Shown here piece after piece: positions 40,711 through 51,226 of a stretch of 64,000 nt of DNA. Numbering within the stretch: the stretch's first letter is position 1; the number at the start of each line of letters is the position of its first letter. The notes under the pieces were generated by a model. That model was not told where the DNA came from. It did not search any database and saw only the letters and a program-made list of their open reading frames with translations. Origin of the DNA: an uncultured Alphaproteobacteria bacterium (GTDB lineage Bacteria; Pseudomonadota; Alphaproteobacteria; Sphingomonadales; Sphingomonadaceae); NCBI GenBank assembly GCA_963781355.1, contig CAWAFP010000009.1:20866-84865 (forward strand). Reading direction: 5' to 3'. Position numbers and translations under genes: made by a program.

Positions 40711-42141
40711 ATGGCTAGCCGCCCTCGCACCCTCTACGAAAAGATCTGGGACGCGCATGTCGTGGAGACGCGCGATGATGGGACGGCGCTGATCTATATC
40801 GACCGCCATCTGGTGCACGAAGTCACCAGCCCGCAGGCCTTCGAGGCGCTCAAAGTGGCCGGACGTCCGGTGCGGCGGCCCGAATTGACCCTCGCGGTAC
40901 CCGATCACAACCTGCCGACGACCGCGCGGATTGATGCCAAGGGCGCGCCGATGCCCATCGCCGATCCCGAAAGCGCAGCGCAGCTCGCCGCGCTGGAAGT
41001 GAATGCCCCCGCGTTCGGCATCCGCTACATCCCCGCAACCGCCAAAGAACAAGGCATCGTCCATGTGGTCGGGCCGGAACAGGGCTTCTCGCTGCCCGGC
41101 ACGACCATCGTCTGCGGCGATTCGCATACCGCCTGTCACGGCGGGCTCGGCGCGCTGGCCTTCGGGATCGGGACGAGCGAAGTCGAACATGTGCTGGCGA
41201 CGCAGACGCTGCTGCTCCAGCAATCGAAGCCGATGGAAGTCCGGGTCGAAGGCGATCTTGGCCCCGGCATCAGTGCGAAGGATCTGATCCTCCACATCAT
41301 CGGCCGGATCGGCGCAGCGGGCGGTTCTGGCTACGTGATCGAATATCGCGGGGCCGTGTTCGAGCGGATGACGGTCGAGGAACGCCTCACGGTCTGCAAC
41401 ATGAGCATCGAGGCTGGCGCGCGCGCCGGACTGATCGCACCGGATGACACCACCTTCGCCTACATCAAGGGCCGTCCGATGGCCCCGCAAGGCGCGGAAT
41501 GGGACGCGGCGGTTGCGTATTGGCGCACGCTCCATTCTGATGACGGCGCGATGTTCGCCAAGTCGGTCACGATCAACGCCGCCGATGTGGAGCCGAGCGT
41601 CACCTGGGGAACCAGCCCGGAAGACGTGGTGCCAATCGGCGGGCGCGTGCCCTCGCCCGAAGATTTCGCCGACGAGTCCAAGCGGGTCGCTGTGCAAAAG
41701 AGCCTCGATTACATGGGCCTTGTCCCCGGCACCCCGATGACTGACGTGCCGATCGAAAACGTGTTCATCGGCAGCTGCACCAACAGCCGGATCGAAGACC
41801 TGCGCGCCGCCGCCGCGATCCTCAAGGGCCGCCACAAGGCCGACAATGTCCGCTGGGCCATCGTCGTGCCGGGGTCGGGTCTGGTCAAGGCGCAGGCCGA
41901 GGACGAGGGCCTCGACCGCATCTTTACCGACGCGGGCTTCGAATGGCGCGAGCCGGGCTGCTCGGCGTGCCTCGGCATGAACCCCGACAAGGTGCCGCCG
42001 GGCGAACGCTGCGCTTCGACCAGCAACCGCAATTTCGTCGGTCGCCAAGGGCCGGGCGCGCGCACGCACTTGGTCTCCCCTGCCATGGCCGCCGCTGCCG
42101 CTGTCACCGGGCGGCTCACCGACGTGCGCGAACTGGTGTGA
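40711..42141 (+). CDS. leuC: 3-isopropylmalate dehydratase large subunit
   Basis: [40 protein letters not shown]. Confidence 0.98.
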   Translation: MASRPRTLYEKIWDAHVVETRDDGTALIYIDRHLVHEVTSPQAFEALKVAGRPVRRPELTLAVPDHNLPTTARIDAKGAPMPIADPESAAQLAALEVNAPAFGIRYIPATAKEQGIVHVVGPEQGFSLPGTTIVCGDSHTACHGGLGALAFGIGTSEVEHVLATQTLLLQQSKPMEVRVEGDLGPGISAKDLILHIIGRIGAAGGSGYVIEYRGAVFERMTVEERLTVCNMSIEAGARAGLIAPDDTTFAYIKGRPMAPQGAEWDAAVAYWRTLHSDDGAMFAKSVTINAADVEPSVTWGTSPEDVVPIGGRVPSPEDFADESKRVAVQKSLDYMGLVPGTPMTDVPIENVFIGSCTNSRIEDLRAAAAILKGRHKADNVRWAIVVPGSGLVKAQAEDEGLDRIFTDAGFEWREPGCSACLGMNPDKVPPGERCASTSNRNFVGRQGPGARTHLVSPAMAAAAAVTGRLTDVRELV

Positions 42142-42186
42142 CGCCAGCCCCTTGAAACCCCGCCGCGTGAGGCGCAAGGTAACATC

Positions 42187-42363
42187 ATGACCGACAAGCC
42201 CAAATCGAACACCACCCGCAACGCCGCGATTGCTGCTGCCGGTGCCATCGGATCGGCAGCGATTGCTGCCGCGCTGCTCTACACGAACAAGCGCAAGAAG
42301 AAGCCGAACGAGCCGACGCAGCCCGGCCCGATTCCCTCGGGCGAGCCGCCGCAAACAGATTGA
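42187..42363 (+). CDS. 58-aa single-TM protein between leuC and leuD
   Basis: Translated by hand: [58 protein letters not shown]. Confidence 0.75.
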   Translation: MTDKPKSNTTRNAAIAAAGAIGSAAIAAALLYTNKRKKKPNEPTQPGPIPSGEPPQTD

Positions 42364-42376
42364 GGACAACCGCCCG

Positions 42377-42976
42377 ATGCAACCGCTGACCCGCGTCGAA
42401 GGCCGCGCCATCCCGCTCGGCCTCAAGAACGTCGATACCGACATCATCATCCCGGCCAAGTGGCTCAAGACCATCAGCCGCGAAGGCCTAGGCGCAGGCG
42501 CGTTTGAATCGCTTCGCGCGGAACCCGGCAATGTCTTCGACGATCCCGCCTATAAAGGCGCGCCAATCCTGATCGCGGGCGACAATTATGGCTGCGGGTC
42601 GAGCCGCGAGCACGCCGCGTGGGCGATGCTCGACCTGGGCATCCGCGTGGTGATCGCGCCGAGCTTTTCCGACATCCATTCGGGCAACGCGGTCAAGAAC
42701 GGCATCTTGCCGGTGGTGCTGCCGCAGGAAGCGGTGGACCGGCTGCTGGAAGTGGCGCGCGAGGGGCTCGAAATCGCCATCGATCTCGAAGCGCAGACCG
42801 TCACCACCCCCTATCAGGATCGCTTCACCTTCGACATCGACCCGTTCCGCAAGCACTGCCTGCTCCACGGCCTCGACGAGGTCGGCCTGACCATGGCGCG
42901 GGGCGAGGCCATCGGCGGCTTCGAAGCGACGCGTACCGCCGCTCAGCCGTGGCTGATGCGCGGCACCGCCGCCTGA
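42377..42976 (+). CDS. leuD: 3-isopropylmalate dehydratase small subunit
   Basis: [27 protein letters not shown]. Confidence 0.97.
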   Translation: MQPLTRVEGRAIPLGLKNVDTDIIIPAKWLKTISREGLGAGAFESLRAEPGNVFDDPAYKGAPILIAGDNYGCGSSREHAAWAMLDLGIRVVIAPSFSDIHSGNAVKNGILPVVLPQEAVDRLLEVAREGLEIAIDLEAQTVTTPYQDRFTFDIDPFRKHCLLHGLDEVGLTMARGEAIGGFEATRTAAQPWLMRGTAA

Positions 42977-43002
42977 AACAGATTCCAAGGGAGAGGACCA
43001 CC

Positions 43003-44002
43003 ATGAAAGCCATTCGCACCCACGCCATCGGTGGGCCTGAAACGCTGACCCTCGACGAGGTCGAGACCCCCACCCCCGGCAAGGGCGAAGTGCTGGTCGC
43101 GGTCAAGGCCTGCGCGATCAACTATCCCGACGGGCTGATCATCCGCGACATGTACCAGTTCAAGCCGCAGCGCCCCTTTTCGCCCGGCGGCGAGATTTCG
43201 GGCGTGATCGAAGCACTCGGCGAAGGCGTCGAAGGCTTCAAGGTCGGTGACCGGGTGCTGGCCGGGATCGGCAATGGCGGTCTCGCCGAAAAGATCGTGG
43301 TGCCCGCTGGCCGGATGTTCGCCGTGCCGGACGGCGTGCCGTTCGAGAAAGGCGGCAAGCCTGCTGATGACCTACGGCACCACCATCCACGGGCTGAAGG
43401 ATCGCGGCCATATCAAGGCGGGCGACACCGTCTTGATCCTTGGTGCTGCGGGCGGCGTGGGCCTTGCCGCGGTGGAGCTTGCCAAGGCGTTCGGCGCGCG
43501 CGTGGTTGCCGCTGTCTCGTCCGAAGCCAAGGGCGAAGTCGCCAAGCAGGCCGGTGCCGACGCGGTGGTGATCTACCCGCGCGAAGCGATGGACAAGGAC
43601 GCGTCCAAGGAACTCGCCAATGCCTTCAAGGCCGCCTGCGGCCCGGACGGCGCAAACATCGTCTATGACATCGTCGGCGGGCAATATTCCGAGCCCGCCC
43701 TGCGCGCCATCGCGTGGGAAGGCCGCTTCCTGGTGGTCGGCTTCCCCGCCGGGATCGCCAAGATGCCGCTCAACCTCACCCTGCTGAAGTCCTGCGACAT
43801 CTGCGGCGTGTTCTGGGGTGCCTTCACCGCGCGTGAGCCTGAGGCCTTCCATGCGCAGGTGAACGAGCTGTTCGACCTGATGAAGGCCGGCAAGATCGAC
43901 CCGCTGGTCAGCGAAACCTTCCCCCTCGCCCGCGCGGGTGATGCCATCGCCAAGCTCGAAGCGCGCGAGGCCGTGGGCAAGCTTGTCGTCACGATGGAAT
44001 AG
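43003..44002 (+). CDS. NADPH:quinone oxidoreductase family, one +1 frameshift ~43350
   Basis: KGEVLVAVKACAINYPD, GAAGGVG, GRFLVVGF. Confidence 0.9.
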
Positions 44003-44090
44003 TACCTTGCGGGCGCGGCTTCCCGCTTGAAGCTGCGCCCGCCCGCCTCTATCGCTTGGCGCGGATCGTATCGGAAGGGACCGCAAGCAT

Positions 44091-44414
44091 ATGACCGATT
44101 TCAAGGATCGCGAACGCGCCGAGGAAGCCAAGTTCGCGCTCGACAATGACACCGCCTTCCGCATCGCCGCGCGCCGCAACCGCCTGCTGGGCGAATGGGC
44201 GGCCGGCTTGATGAAGCTCACGCCCGAAGAAACCGACGCCTATCGCAAGGCGGTGGTGCAAGCCGATTTCGAGGAATCGGGCGATGAGGATGTGGTGCGC
44301 AAGCTGCTCGGCGATCTCACGGCAGCGCAGTCCGATGTCAGCGAAGCCGATATTCGCGCCAAGCTGGAAGAAATGACTGTCGAAGCCCGGCGCCAGCTGT
44401 TCGGCGAGGTGTAA
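44091..44414 (+). CDS. DUF1476 / ATPase zeta-subunit-like protein
   Basis: F.DRERAEEAKFA.D....FR..ARRNRLLG.WAA. Confidence 0.88.
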   Translation: MTDFKDRERAEEAKFALDNDTAFRIAARRNRLLGEWAAGLMKLTPEETDAYRKAVVQADFEESGDEDVVRKLLGDLTAAQSDVSEADIRAKLEEMTVEARRQLFGEV

Positions 44415-44417
44415 GCC

Positions 44418-44651
44418 ATGCCGATGTCCGCTGCGGCGATCGAAGAAGCCATCCTTGCCGCTTTGCCCGGCGCGACGGTCGAGCTGACCGACCTTGCCGG
44501 GGATGATGACCACTGGGCGGCCACTGTCACTGCGCCGCAATTCGCCGGTCTGAGCCGCGTGGCCCAGCACAAGCTGGTCTATGCCGCGTTCGGCGGGCGC
44601 ATGGGCGGGGAACTGCACGCCTTGCAAGTCACCACCGTGGTCCCCACGTAA
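44418..44651 (+). CDS. bolA: BolA-family protein
   Basis: DLAGD.DHW, F.GLSRV.QH.LVY, LHALQ. Confidence 0.92.
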   Translation: MPMSAAAIEEAILAALPGATVELTDLAGDDDHWAATVTAPQFAGLSRVAQHKLVYAAFGGRMGGELHALQVTTVVPT

Positions 44652-44692
44652 TCACCCAACACCCACCCAAAGCATCAGGGGCGCAACGCACC

Positions 44693-45022
44693 ATGTCCGA
44701 CGCCAATTCCCGTATCTCCGATCTCGTCACCAGCAATGACGTCGTATTGTTCATGAAGGGTACGCCGTTGTTCCCGCAATGCGGCTTTTCCAGCAAGGCG
44801 ATCGCCATTCTCGACCACCTCGGTGTGGCGTTTGAAAGCGTCGATGTGTTGCAGGACATGGAAATCCGTCAGGGCATCAAGGCCTTCTCTGACTGGCCAA
44901 CCATCCCGCAACTCTACGTGAAGGGCGAATTCATCGGCGGCAGCGACATCATGATGGAGATGTTCGAGGCGGGCGAATTGCAGCAGCTGATGGATCAAAG
45001 CGGCGTCGCGAAAGCGAGCTAA
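44693..45022 (+). CDS. grxD: Monothiol glutaredoxin Grx4
   Basis: [26 protein letters not shown]. Confidence 0.97.
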   Translation: MSDANSRISDLVTSNDVVLFMKGTPLFPQCGFSSKAIAILDHLGVAFESVDVLQDMEIRQGIKAFSDWPTIPQLYVKGEFIGGSDIMMEMFEAGELQQLMDQSGVAKAS

Positions 45023-45068
45023 ACACCGCCTTCAGTGCTCGCGTGCGCACCCCACGCGCATCACTCAC

Positions 45069-45114
45069 AAAGAAAAAGCGCTCCGCAGGACCAGTGCGGA
45101 GCGCTTTTCTTTTT
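45069..45114. terminator. Bidirectional intrinsic terminator
   Basis: A-tract, AAAAGCGCTCCGCA-N7-TGCGGAGCGCTTTT, T-tract. Confidence 0.85.
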
Positions 45115-45175
45115 GGGGAGGCGCAACCCGGAGACCAGGAAGGGTCGCACCTCGCTTCGAAGACCATTAGGACCG
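45069..45175 (-). ncRNA. Candidate ~105-nt small RNA with anti-Shine-Dalgarno CCTCCCC before the terminator
   Basis: sigma54-like promoter upstream, hairpin GCGACCC...GGGTTGC, CCTCCCC, terminator; no RBS-led ORF. Confidence 0.5.
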
Positions 45176-45185
45176 CCACGTACAA

Positions 45186-45201
45186 TGCACAGTGCGTGCC
45201 A
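45186..45201 (-). promoter_or_regulatory. sigma54-like promoter
   Basis: Minus strand TGGCACGCACTGTGCA: GG and GC at correct -24/-12 spacing, one mismatch. Confidence 0.55.
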
Positions 45202-45389
45202 AACATAAGAAGTCTCGGAAATCCGCCGTTTTTCTTATCTGACCAAGTTGGGTTTGGGCCACGGTTGTAAAGCATCCCGACACCCTATCGGCACTGCATC
45301 AATCGGCGAAGCGGGAGGCCAACCAAAACCCGGCAGGAGTGCGCCTTCGCTCTTGGCAAGCGCCTGTCGCAAGGCCATCCTTTGCCGCG

Positions 45390-46172
45390 ATGACCAGTGA
45401 TTCCAGCCCTCAGGGCATTCCTGCCGCCACCATTATCATCTTCCGCAATGCCCCCAACGGGGCGCCGCCGGAGGTGCTGATGACTGTGCGCTCGCGCAAC
45501 ATGACGTTTGCAGGCGGGATGGCGGTGTTCCCGGGGGGTCGGGTCGATCCGGCGGACTATGCGCTCGGCGAAGAGGTGGCGGCGGCAAGCGGCCTCGCGC
45601 ACGATGAAGCCGCGCACCAGATCGCCGCCGTGCGTGAAACGCTGGAGGAAACCGGCCTCGCACTCGGTCTTGCCGGTGACATCAACGCCGCCCGCGCGGC
45701 CGAGGCGCGCGCGATGCTGGCAGAAACGGGCGCGCTGGCCCCGGTGCTGGAGGCGTTCGGCTGGACGCTCGATCTGGCGCAGATCACCCCGTTCGCGCGC
45801 TGGTTCCCCAAGAACGAGGCGATTGCCCGCGTCTATGACACGCGCTTCTACCTCGCCAATCTCGGCACAGGCGCGGTTGATGTGTCGATCGACCATGCGG
45901 AAAACACCCACCTGTTCTGGACCAGCGCGCAAGGCGCGCTCGACGCGGCGGAGCGCGGGGAGATTCAGTTGATCTTCCCCACCCGCCGCAACCTCGAACG
46001 CCTCGCGCTGTTTGCCAGCTACGAAGAGGCCCGCGCGCAAGCCGAGGCGATTCCGGTGCGCACGATCATGCCGCAGGTGGTGGAGCAGGACGGCAAGCCG
46101 TGGCTGACGATCCTCAGCGACGCAGGGTATCCTGTCACCGGCGAATTGCTGGAGAACGTCGCGCGCGGCTGA
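45390..46172 (+). CDS. NUDIX hydrolase
   Basis: VFPGGRVD, AAVRETLEETGL Nudix box, YDTRFY. Confidence 0.9.
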   Translation: MTSDSSPQGIPAATIIIFRNAPNGAPPEVLMTVRSRNMTFAGGMAVFPGGRVDPADYALGEEVAAASGLAHDEAAHQIAAVRETLEETGLALGLAGDINAARAAEARAMLAETGALAPVLEAFGWTLDLAQITPFARWFPKNEAIARVYDTRFYLANLGTGAVDVSIDHAENTHLFWTSAQGALDAAERGEIQLIFPTRRNLERLALFASYEEARAQAEAIPVRTIMPQVVEQDGKPWLTILSDAGYPVTGELLENVARG

Positions 46173-46226
46173 CCGCTGGGGTGCGGCCAGCTCGAATCGC
46201 GCGCCTGCCTCGTCCTCGTGGCCTCT

Positions 46227-46242
46227 ATGGTATCGCTATCAT
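46227..46242. promoter_or_regulatory. LacI-family operator
   Basis: ATGGTATCGCTATCAT. Confidence 0.6.
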
Positions 46243-46380
46243 TATAGTGAAGCGTCTGTGCATTCGTATTTACTCGGCAATTTCAATATGCCTTTCATAC
46301 GACTAAGTGAGGCTCTCTCCGACCCTGCGCCAATCGGCTACCGCCCGGATTGACTTCCCGCTACAGATTTTCCAACATCA

Positions 46381-46396
46381 ATGTTAGCGTTAGCAA
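46381..46396. promoter_or_regulatory. LacI-family operator upstream of GH3
   Basis: ATGTTAGCGTTAGCAA. Confidence 0.65.
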
Positions 46397-46439
46397 AGAC
46401 GCAGGGGTCTGGCGGGCAGGACCGTCATGGGAGAGGGAA

Positions 46440-48977
46440 ATGACAGGCCATTCAGGTCGCACACGGGCTTGCCTTGTCGCGGGGCTTTTGGCCTCGGCCA
46501 TGGTCGCGCCGACCGCTTGGGCGGAAGCACCGCAGACACCCGCGCCAGCCGATGCCAAGACGATCGCACCTGTCGCATCGGGCACAGCCAATCCTTCGAT
46601 CTGGCCCGCCTACGAATACCCCGTCCCCACCCGCCCCGAGCACGAGGCGCGGATAGCCGCGCTGATGGCCCGCATGACGATCGAGGAAAAGGTCGGGCAG
46701 TTGGTGCAGGCCGATCTGTGCTGCGTCACGCCTGATGACTTCAGGACATACAAGCTCGGCTCGCTGCTCGTCGGCGGCAATAGCGGCCCCAACGGCAACG
46801 ACCTGTCCCCCGCGCCCGACTGGCTGAAGGCAGCGGACGATTTCTACCTCGCCTCGGTCGACAAGTCGGACGGTGGGCGTGGGCATACCGATGATCTGGG
46901 GCATCGACGCGGTTCACGGCCATTCGAACATCATTGGCGCGACGATCTTCCCGCACAATATCGGGCTTGGCGCGATGCGCGATCCGGCGCTGATTGAGCG
47001 GATCGGCGCGATCACGGCCAAGGAAATCCGGGTCACCGGGCAGGAATGGACCTTTGCGCCCACCGTCGCGGTACCGCAGGATTTCCGCTGGGGCCGCGCC
47101 TACGAAGGCTATTCCTCCGACCCCGAGATCGTCGCCTCCTATGTCGGCGCGATGGTGCGCGGATTGCAGGGGCCGCCCACGGGCGACAATCTGCTGGCAG
47201 GGCCGTACGTGATCGCCTCGACCAAGCATTTCCTTGCCGACGGCGGCACCGATAACGGCGTCGATCAGGGCGACAGTTCGGTCAGCGAGGAGGCTTTGCG
47301 CGACATTCACGGCAAGCCCTATGGCCCCGCGATTGCCGAAGGCGTTTCCACCGTGATGGTCAGCTTTTCAAGCTGGCAGGGCGTCAAGATGACCGGCAAC
47401 CGCTCGCTGATCACCGGCGTTCTCAAGGAGCAGATGGATTTCGGCGGTTTCGTCGTTTCTGACTGGAACGCCCACGGCCAGGTTGCGGGCTGCACCAATG
47501 ACGCCTGCCCGCAGGCGCTGATGGCGGGCCTCGATATGTATATGGCGCCCGATACGTGGAAGCCGATCTACGATGATCTGCTGGCGCGGGCGAAGTCCGG
47601 CGCGATTCCGATGGCGCGGATCGATGATGCAGTGGCGCGGATTCTGCGGGTCAAGGCGCGGCTCGGTCTGTTCGAGGCGGGCAAGCCGTCCGACCGCCCC
47701 TATTCCGGCCAATATGAATTGCTCGGTGCGCCCGAACACCGTGCGGTTGCGCGCGAGGCGGTGCGCAAGTCGCTGGTGCTGCTCAAGAACCAGGGCGTGC
47801 TCCCGCTCGCGCCGGGCAAGCGGCTGCTGGTCGCGGGCGACGGGGCAGACGACATCGCGCGCCAGTCAGGCGGCTGGACGCTCACCTGGCAAGGCACCGG
47901 AATCGACAACAGCCACTTCCCCGGCGCGACCTCGGTCTGGGGCGGATTGAAGCAGGCGGTGGAGGCAGGCGGCGGCAGCGCCGTGCTCTCGCCCGATGGC
48001 AGCTACACCGAAAAGCCCGATGCCGCCGTGGTGGTGTTCGGCGAGACTCCCTATGCCGAGTTTCAGGGCGACCGGGCGGCCTTGGTGCTCGATCCCCAAC
48101 TGACCGCGCCCTACGCGACGATGCGCAAATTGCAGGCCGAGGGCATTCCAGTGATCGCCGTTATGATCACGGGGCGGCCGCTTTATGTGAACCCCGCACT
48201 CAACACCGCTGATGCTTTCGTCGTCGCATGGCTTCCGGGTAGCGAGGGTGGCGGGGTGGCCGATGTGCTGGTGGCCGATAGCGCGGGCAAGCCGCGGTTC
48301 GATTTCACCGGCACCCTGCCCGCTGCCTGGCCGCGCACCACGCTGCTGAGCGAAGGCGCGCTGTTCCCGCTCGGTTTCGGTCTCAATTACAACGCGCAGG
48401 CGGGTGACTGGGCGATGCTGCCCGAACTCGACACCCAAAGCCTGACGGGCGATAGCCGGGTATGGTTCAACGCGGGCACTCCGGCAGCGCGTTGGTCACT
48501 GATGCTGACCGGCACCAACGGCGAAGTCGAGACGCGCGTCACCACCCTCCCCGCCGAAGCGCTGGGCGGACGGATGCGGGTGACGGCTGAGAACTACAAG
48601 GTGCAGGAAGGCGCCAAGCGGTTTGCGATCACGGGCGGGAATGCGAGCGTGCAGCTCGGCAATCTCGATGGGGTCGATGTCGCGCGCGAGGCCAATGGCG
48701 ATGTCTTGCTGCTGGTAACGCTGCGCAGCTGGCACGCACCCGCCAAGGCACGGATCGGTGCGACCGGCCCCGGCAGCCGCGGGTTTGCCGAAATCGCTCT
48801 GCCGGTCAGCGATGACTACATCCGCTATGGCATCCCGCTCAAATGCCTGCGCGACAAGGGGCGGACGTTGCGAAGCTGACCCGGCCCTTCGTGCTCGAGA
48901 CCGAGGGCAAGGCTGATTTCGCTATCGCCGAAGTGCGGTTGGGGAGTGATGCGCAGCAGGTACTGCCGTGCCGCTGA
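46440..48977 (+). CDS. Secreted GH3 beta-glucosidase/exo-glucanase with C-terminal domain; frameshifts ~46875 (+1) and ~48858 (-1)
   Basis: DAVHGH, RWGRAYEG, KHF.ADGG, SDWNA nucleophile motif, GETPYAE. Confidence 0.93.
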
Positions 48978-49044
48978 CGCGCTGACGGTATTGGACTGGG
49001 GAACAAGCAAGCAAGCCAACAAGGCTGCATCAAGGGAGAGACCA

Positions 49045-50079
49045 ATGAAACGCTTTGCTATGGCATCGGCATTGAGTGTCGCGGCGCTGGGGTTGGCATC
49101 CGCCACGCTGGCGCAGGCCCCGCAATCACCTGCTCCTGTCACCAAGCCGCTGCCGGTCGGCACCTGCATCAACATGGGCAACACGCTTGAACCGATGACC
49201 GAAGGCGCATGGGGCGGTGCTCCGGCCCGCAAGGCCGATTTCGAACGGATCGCCGCCGCCGGTTTCGACACCGTCCGCATCCCGGTGCGCTGGCACAACA
49301 AGTCCAGCGACAAGCCGCCCTACACCGTCGATCCCAAGTGGATGGACCGGGTACAGCAGATCGTCGATTGGGCGCTGGAGGCGAAGCTCAACGTCATCCT
49401 CAACAGCCACCACTTCGACCCGATCCATGACGATCCGCTCGCCGTGGCCGCATGGCATGGCGGGGTTTGGAAGCAGATCGCCGCGCGCTTTGCGGGCTAT
49501 CCCGAAGATACGCTGTGGTTCGAACTGGAGAACGAGCCGCACAAGAACTTCAACCACACCAATCTGCTCGCCACCCTCGCCCCGGCGCTGAAGGAAGTGC
49601 GCGCGCTGCATCCGACCCGCGCGGTGATTATCGGCGGGGAGAACTGGAGCGGGATCAAGTCCCTCGAAACGCTGCCGCTGCCCGAAGACCCGAACATCCA
49701 CCCGACGTTCCACTACTATGATCCGTTCACCTATACCCACCAGGGCGCGGAGTGGACCAAGCCCGATATGCCGCCCGTGGGCCGCGTGTTCCCGACGACG
49801 CAGGATGCCGCCCAGCTCGCGCGCGATGTGGCCGCGATCCAGACCTATATTGCCCGCACCGGCAAGACCCCGTTCATGGGCGAAGTCGGCGCTTACGATG
49901 CGCACATTCCGCTGGCCGACCGGGTGAAGTATCACCGCATGATCACCGATGCCTTTGCCCCGACCGGGATCGGCGTGTGCATGTGGGCCTACACCAACAC
50001 CTTCCCGTTCTATGATCAGAACCAGCGCAAGTGGTTGCCGGGAATGCTGGGCGCGGTGGGGCTGAAGGAACAGAACTGA
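49045..50079 (+). CDS. Secreted GH5 endoglycanase
   Basis: INMGNTLE, GFDTVRIPV.W, ENEP acid/base, FHYY.PF..THQGA, GEVG nucleophile. Confidence 0.92.
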   Translation: MKRFAMASALSVAALGLASATLAQAPQSPAPVTKPLPVGTCINMGNTLEPMTEGAWGGAPARKADFERIAAAGFDTVRIPVRWHNKSSDKPPYTVDPKWMDRVQQIVDWALEAKLNVILNSHHFDPIHDDPLAVAAWHGGVWKQIAARFAGYPEDTLWFELENEPHKNFNHTNLLATLAPALKEVRALHPTRAVIIGGENWSGIKSLETLPLPEDPNIHPTFHYYDPFTYTHQGAEWTKPDMPPVGRVFPTTQDAAQLARDVAAIQTYIARTGKTPFMGEVGAYDAHIPLADRVKYHRMITDAFAPTGIGVCMWAYTNTFPFYDQNQRKWLPGMLGAVGLKEQN

Positions 50080-50100
50080 AGGATGAGGAGCCTTAAGGCC

Positions 50101-51226
50101 ATGAACCGTACGTCGATCATCCTTGCTGCTGGCTCGGCCCTGCTGGCTTTTGCCTTGCCTGCATTGGCCCAGCTCCCGCCCGAACTTGCCGCGTTCGACG
50201 AACAGGTGCCGGGCGATCTCATCAATGATCCCACCCGGATCGATTGGGCGAGCTATGGCGAAAGCTTCGAGACCAGCGGGCGGCAAGCGGCCGACATTCC
50301 CGGCGGCGGCGCGGCGCGGGTGTTCGACATCAAGGCCAAGGGCGCGTTCCCCTACACCGTCGCCACCAACGTGCCGCTTCTCTCCGAGATCAGCGCGGGC
50401 GATCAGGTGACGGTCGGCTTCTACGCCCGCGTGGTCAGCACCGAAAGGTCAGACGGCAAGGGGATCATCGGCGTGCGCTTTCAGGAAAACGCCGCGCCCT
50501 ATGGCGGGTTCGGCGACACCAATGTGCTCGTCGGCTCGGACTGGGAATGGCACGAGGTCAGCGCGCGCGCCGACAAGCGCATCCGCAAGGCTGATGCCAT
50601 CGTCGCACTGCAACTGGCAGGCGCGCGGCAGCAGATCGAGATTGGTCAGGCGATCGTGGTCAAGGGTTCGCCCACCATCGTCGCCAAACAGGTCGCCGCC
50701 GCCACGCCGCAGCCGAGCCTGAAAGACCCGGCCAGCATCGAAATGCCCGATTCCCTGCGCAGCGCCGGGCAGCTGATCAATGATCCGATCAACCGCGCTT
50801 GGGCGCATGGCGGTGCAGGCGGGAGCTGGCAGGGGCTCGATATCCCCGAAATCTGGCTGCAGAAAGCCACCCGCTTCACCACCACGCAGGTGGGCGAGAA
50901 CCGCTGGGATCTCACCACCGCGCTCCCGATCATTCCTGAGGTCAAGGAGGGCGATCAGTTCATGGTCGCCGTGGTTGCGCGCACGATCAGCGCGCAGACC
51001 GATGACGGCAAGGGCCTGATCTACGCCCGGATGCAGAGCAGCACCCCGCCTTACGAGGGCTTTGGCGACAAGGTCTTCAAGATCGGCGACCGCTGGCAGA
51101 TGGTAAACCTGCCCTTCACCGCCACACGCGGGTTTGGCGCGGGGGATGCGACCGATCACGCTCCATTTTGCAGGCGCCGCGCAATCGGTCGAGATCGGGC
51201 CGGTCTATGTCTTCAAGACCAACTGA
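50101..51226 (+). CDS. Secreted protein with two tandem CBM4/9-like beta-sandwich repeats, one +1 frameshift ~51150
   Basis: Both repeats start LINDP and share DGKG.I, PY.GFGD, IG..W, AGA.Q.(I/V)EIG; no GH catalytic motif seen. Confidence 0.65.
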
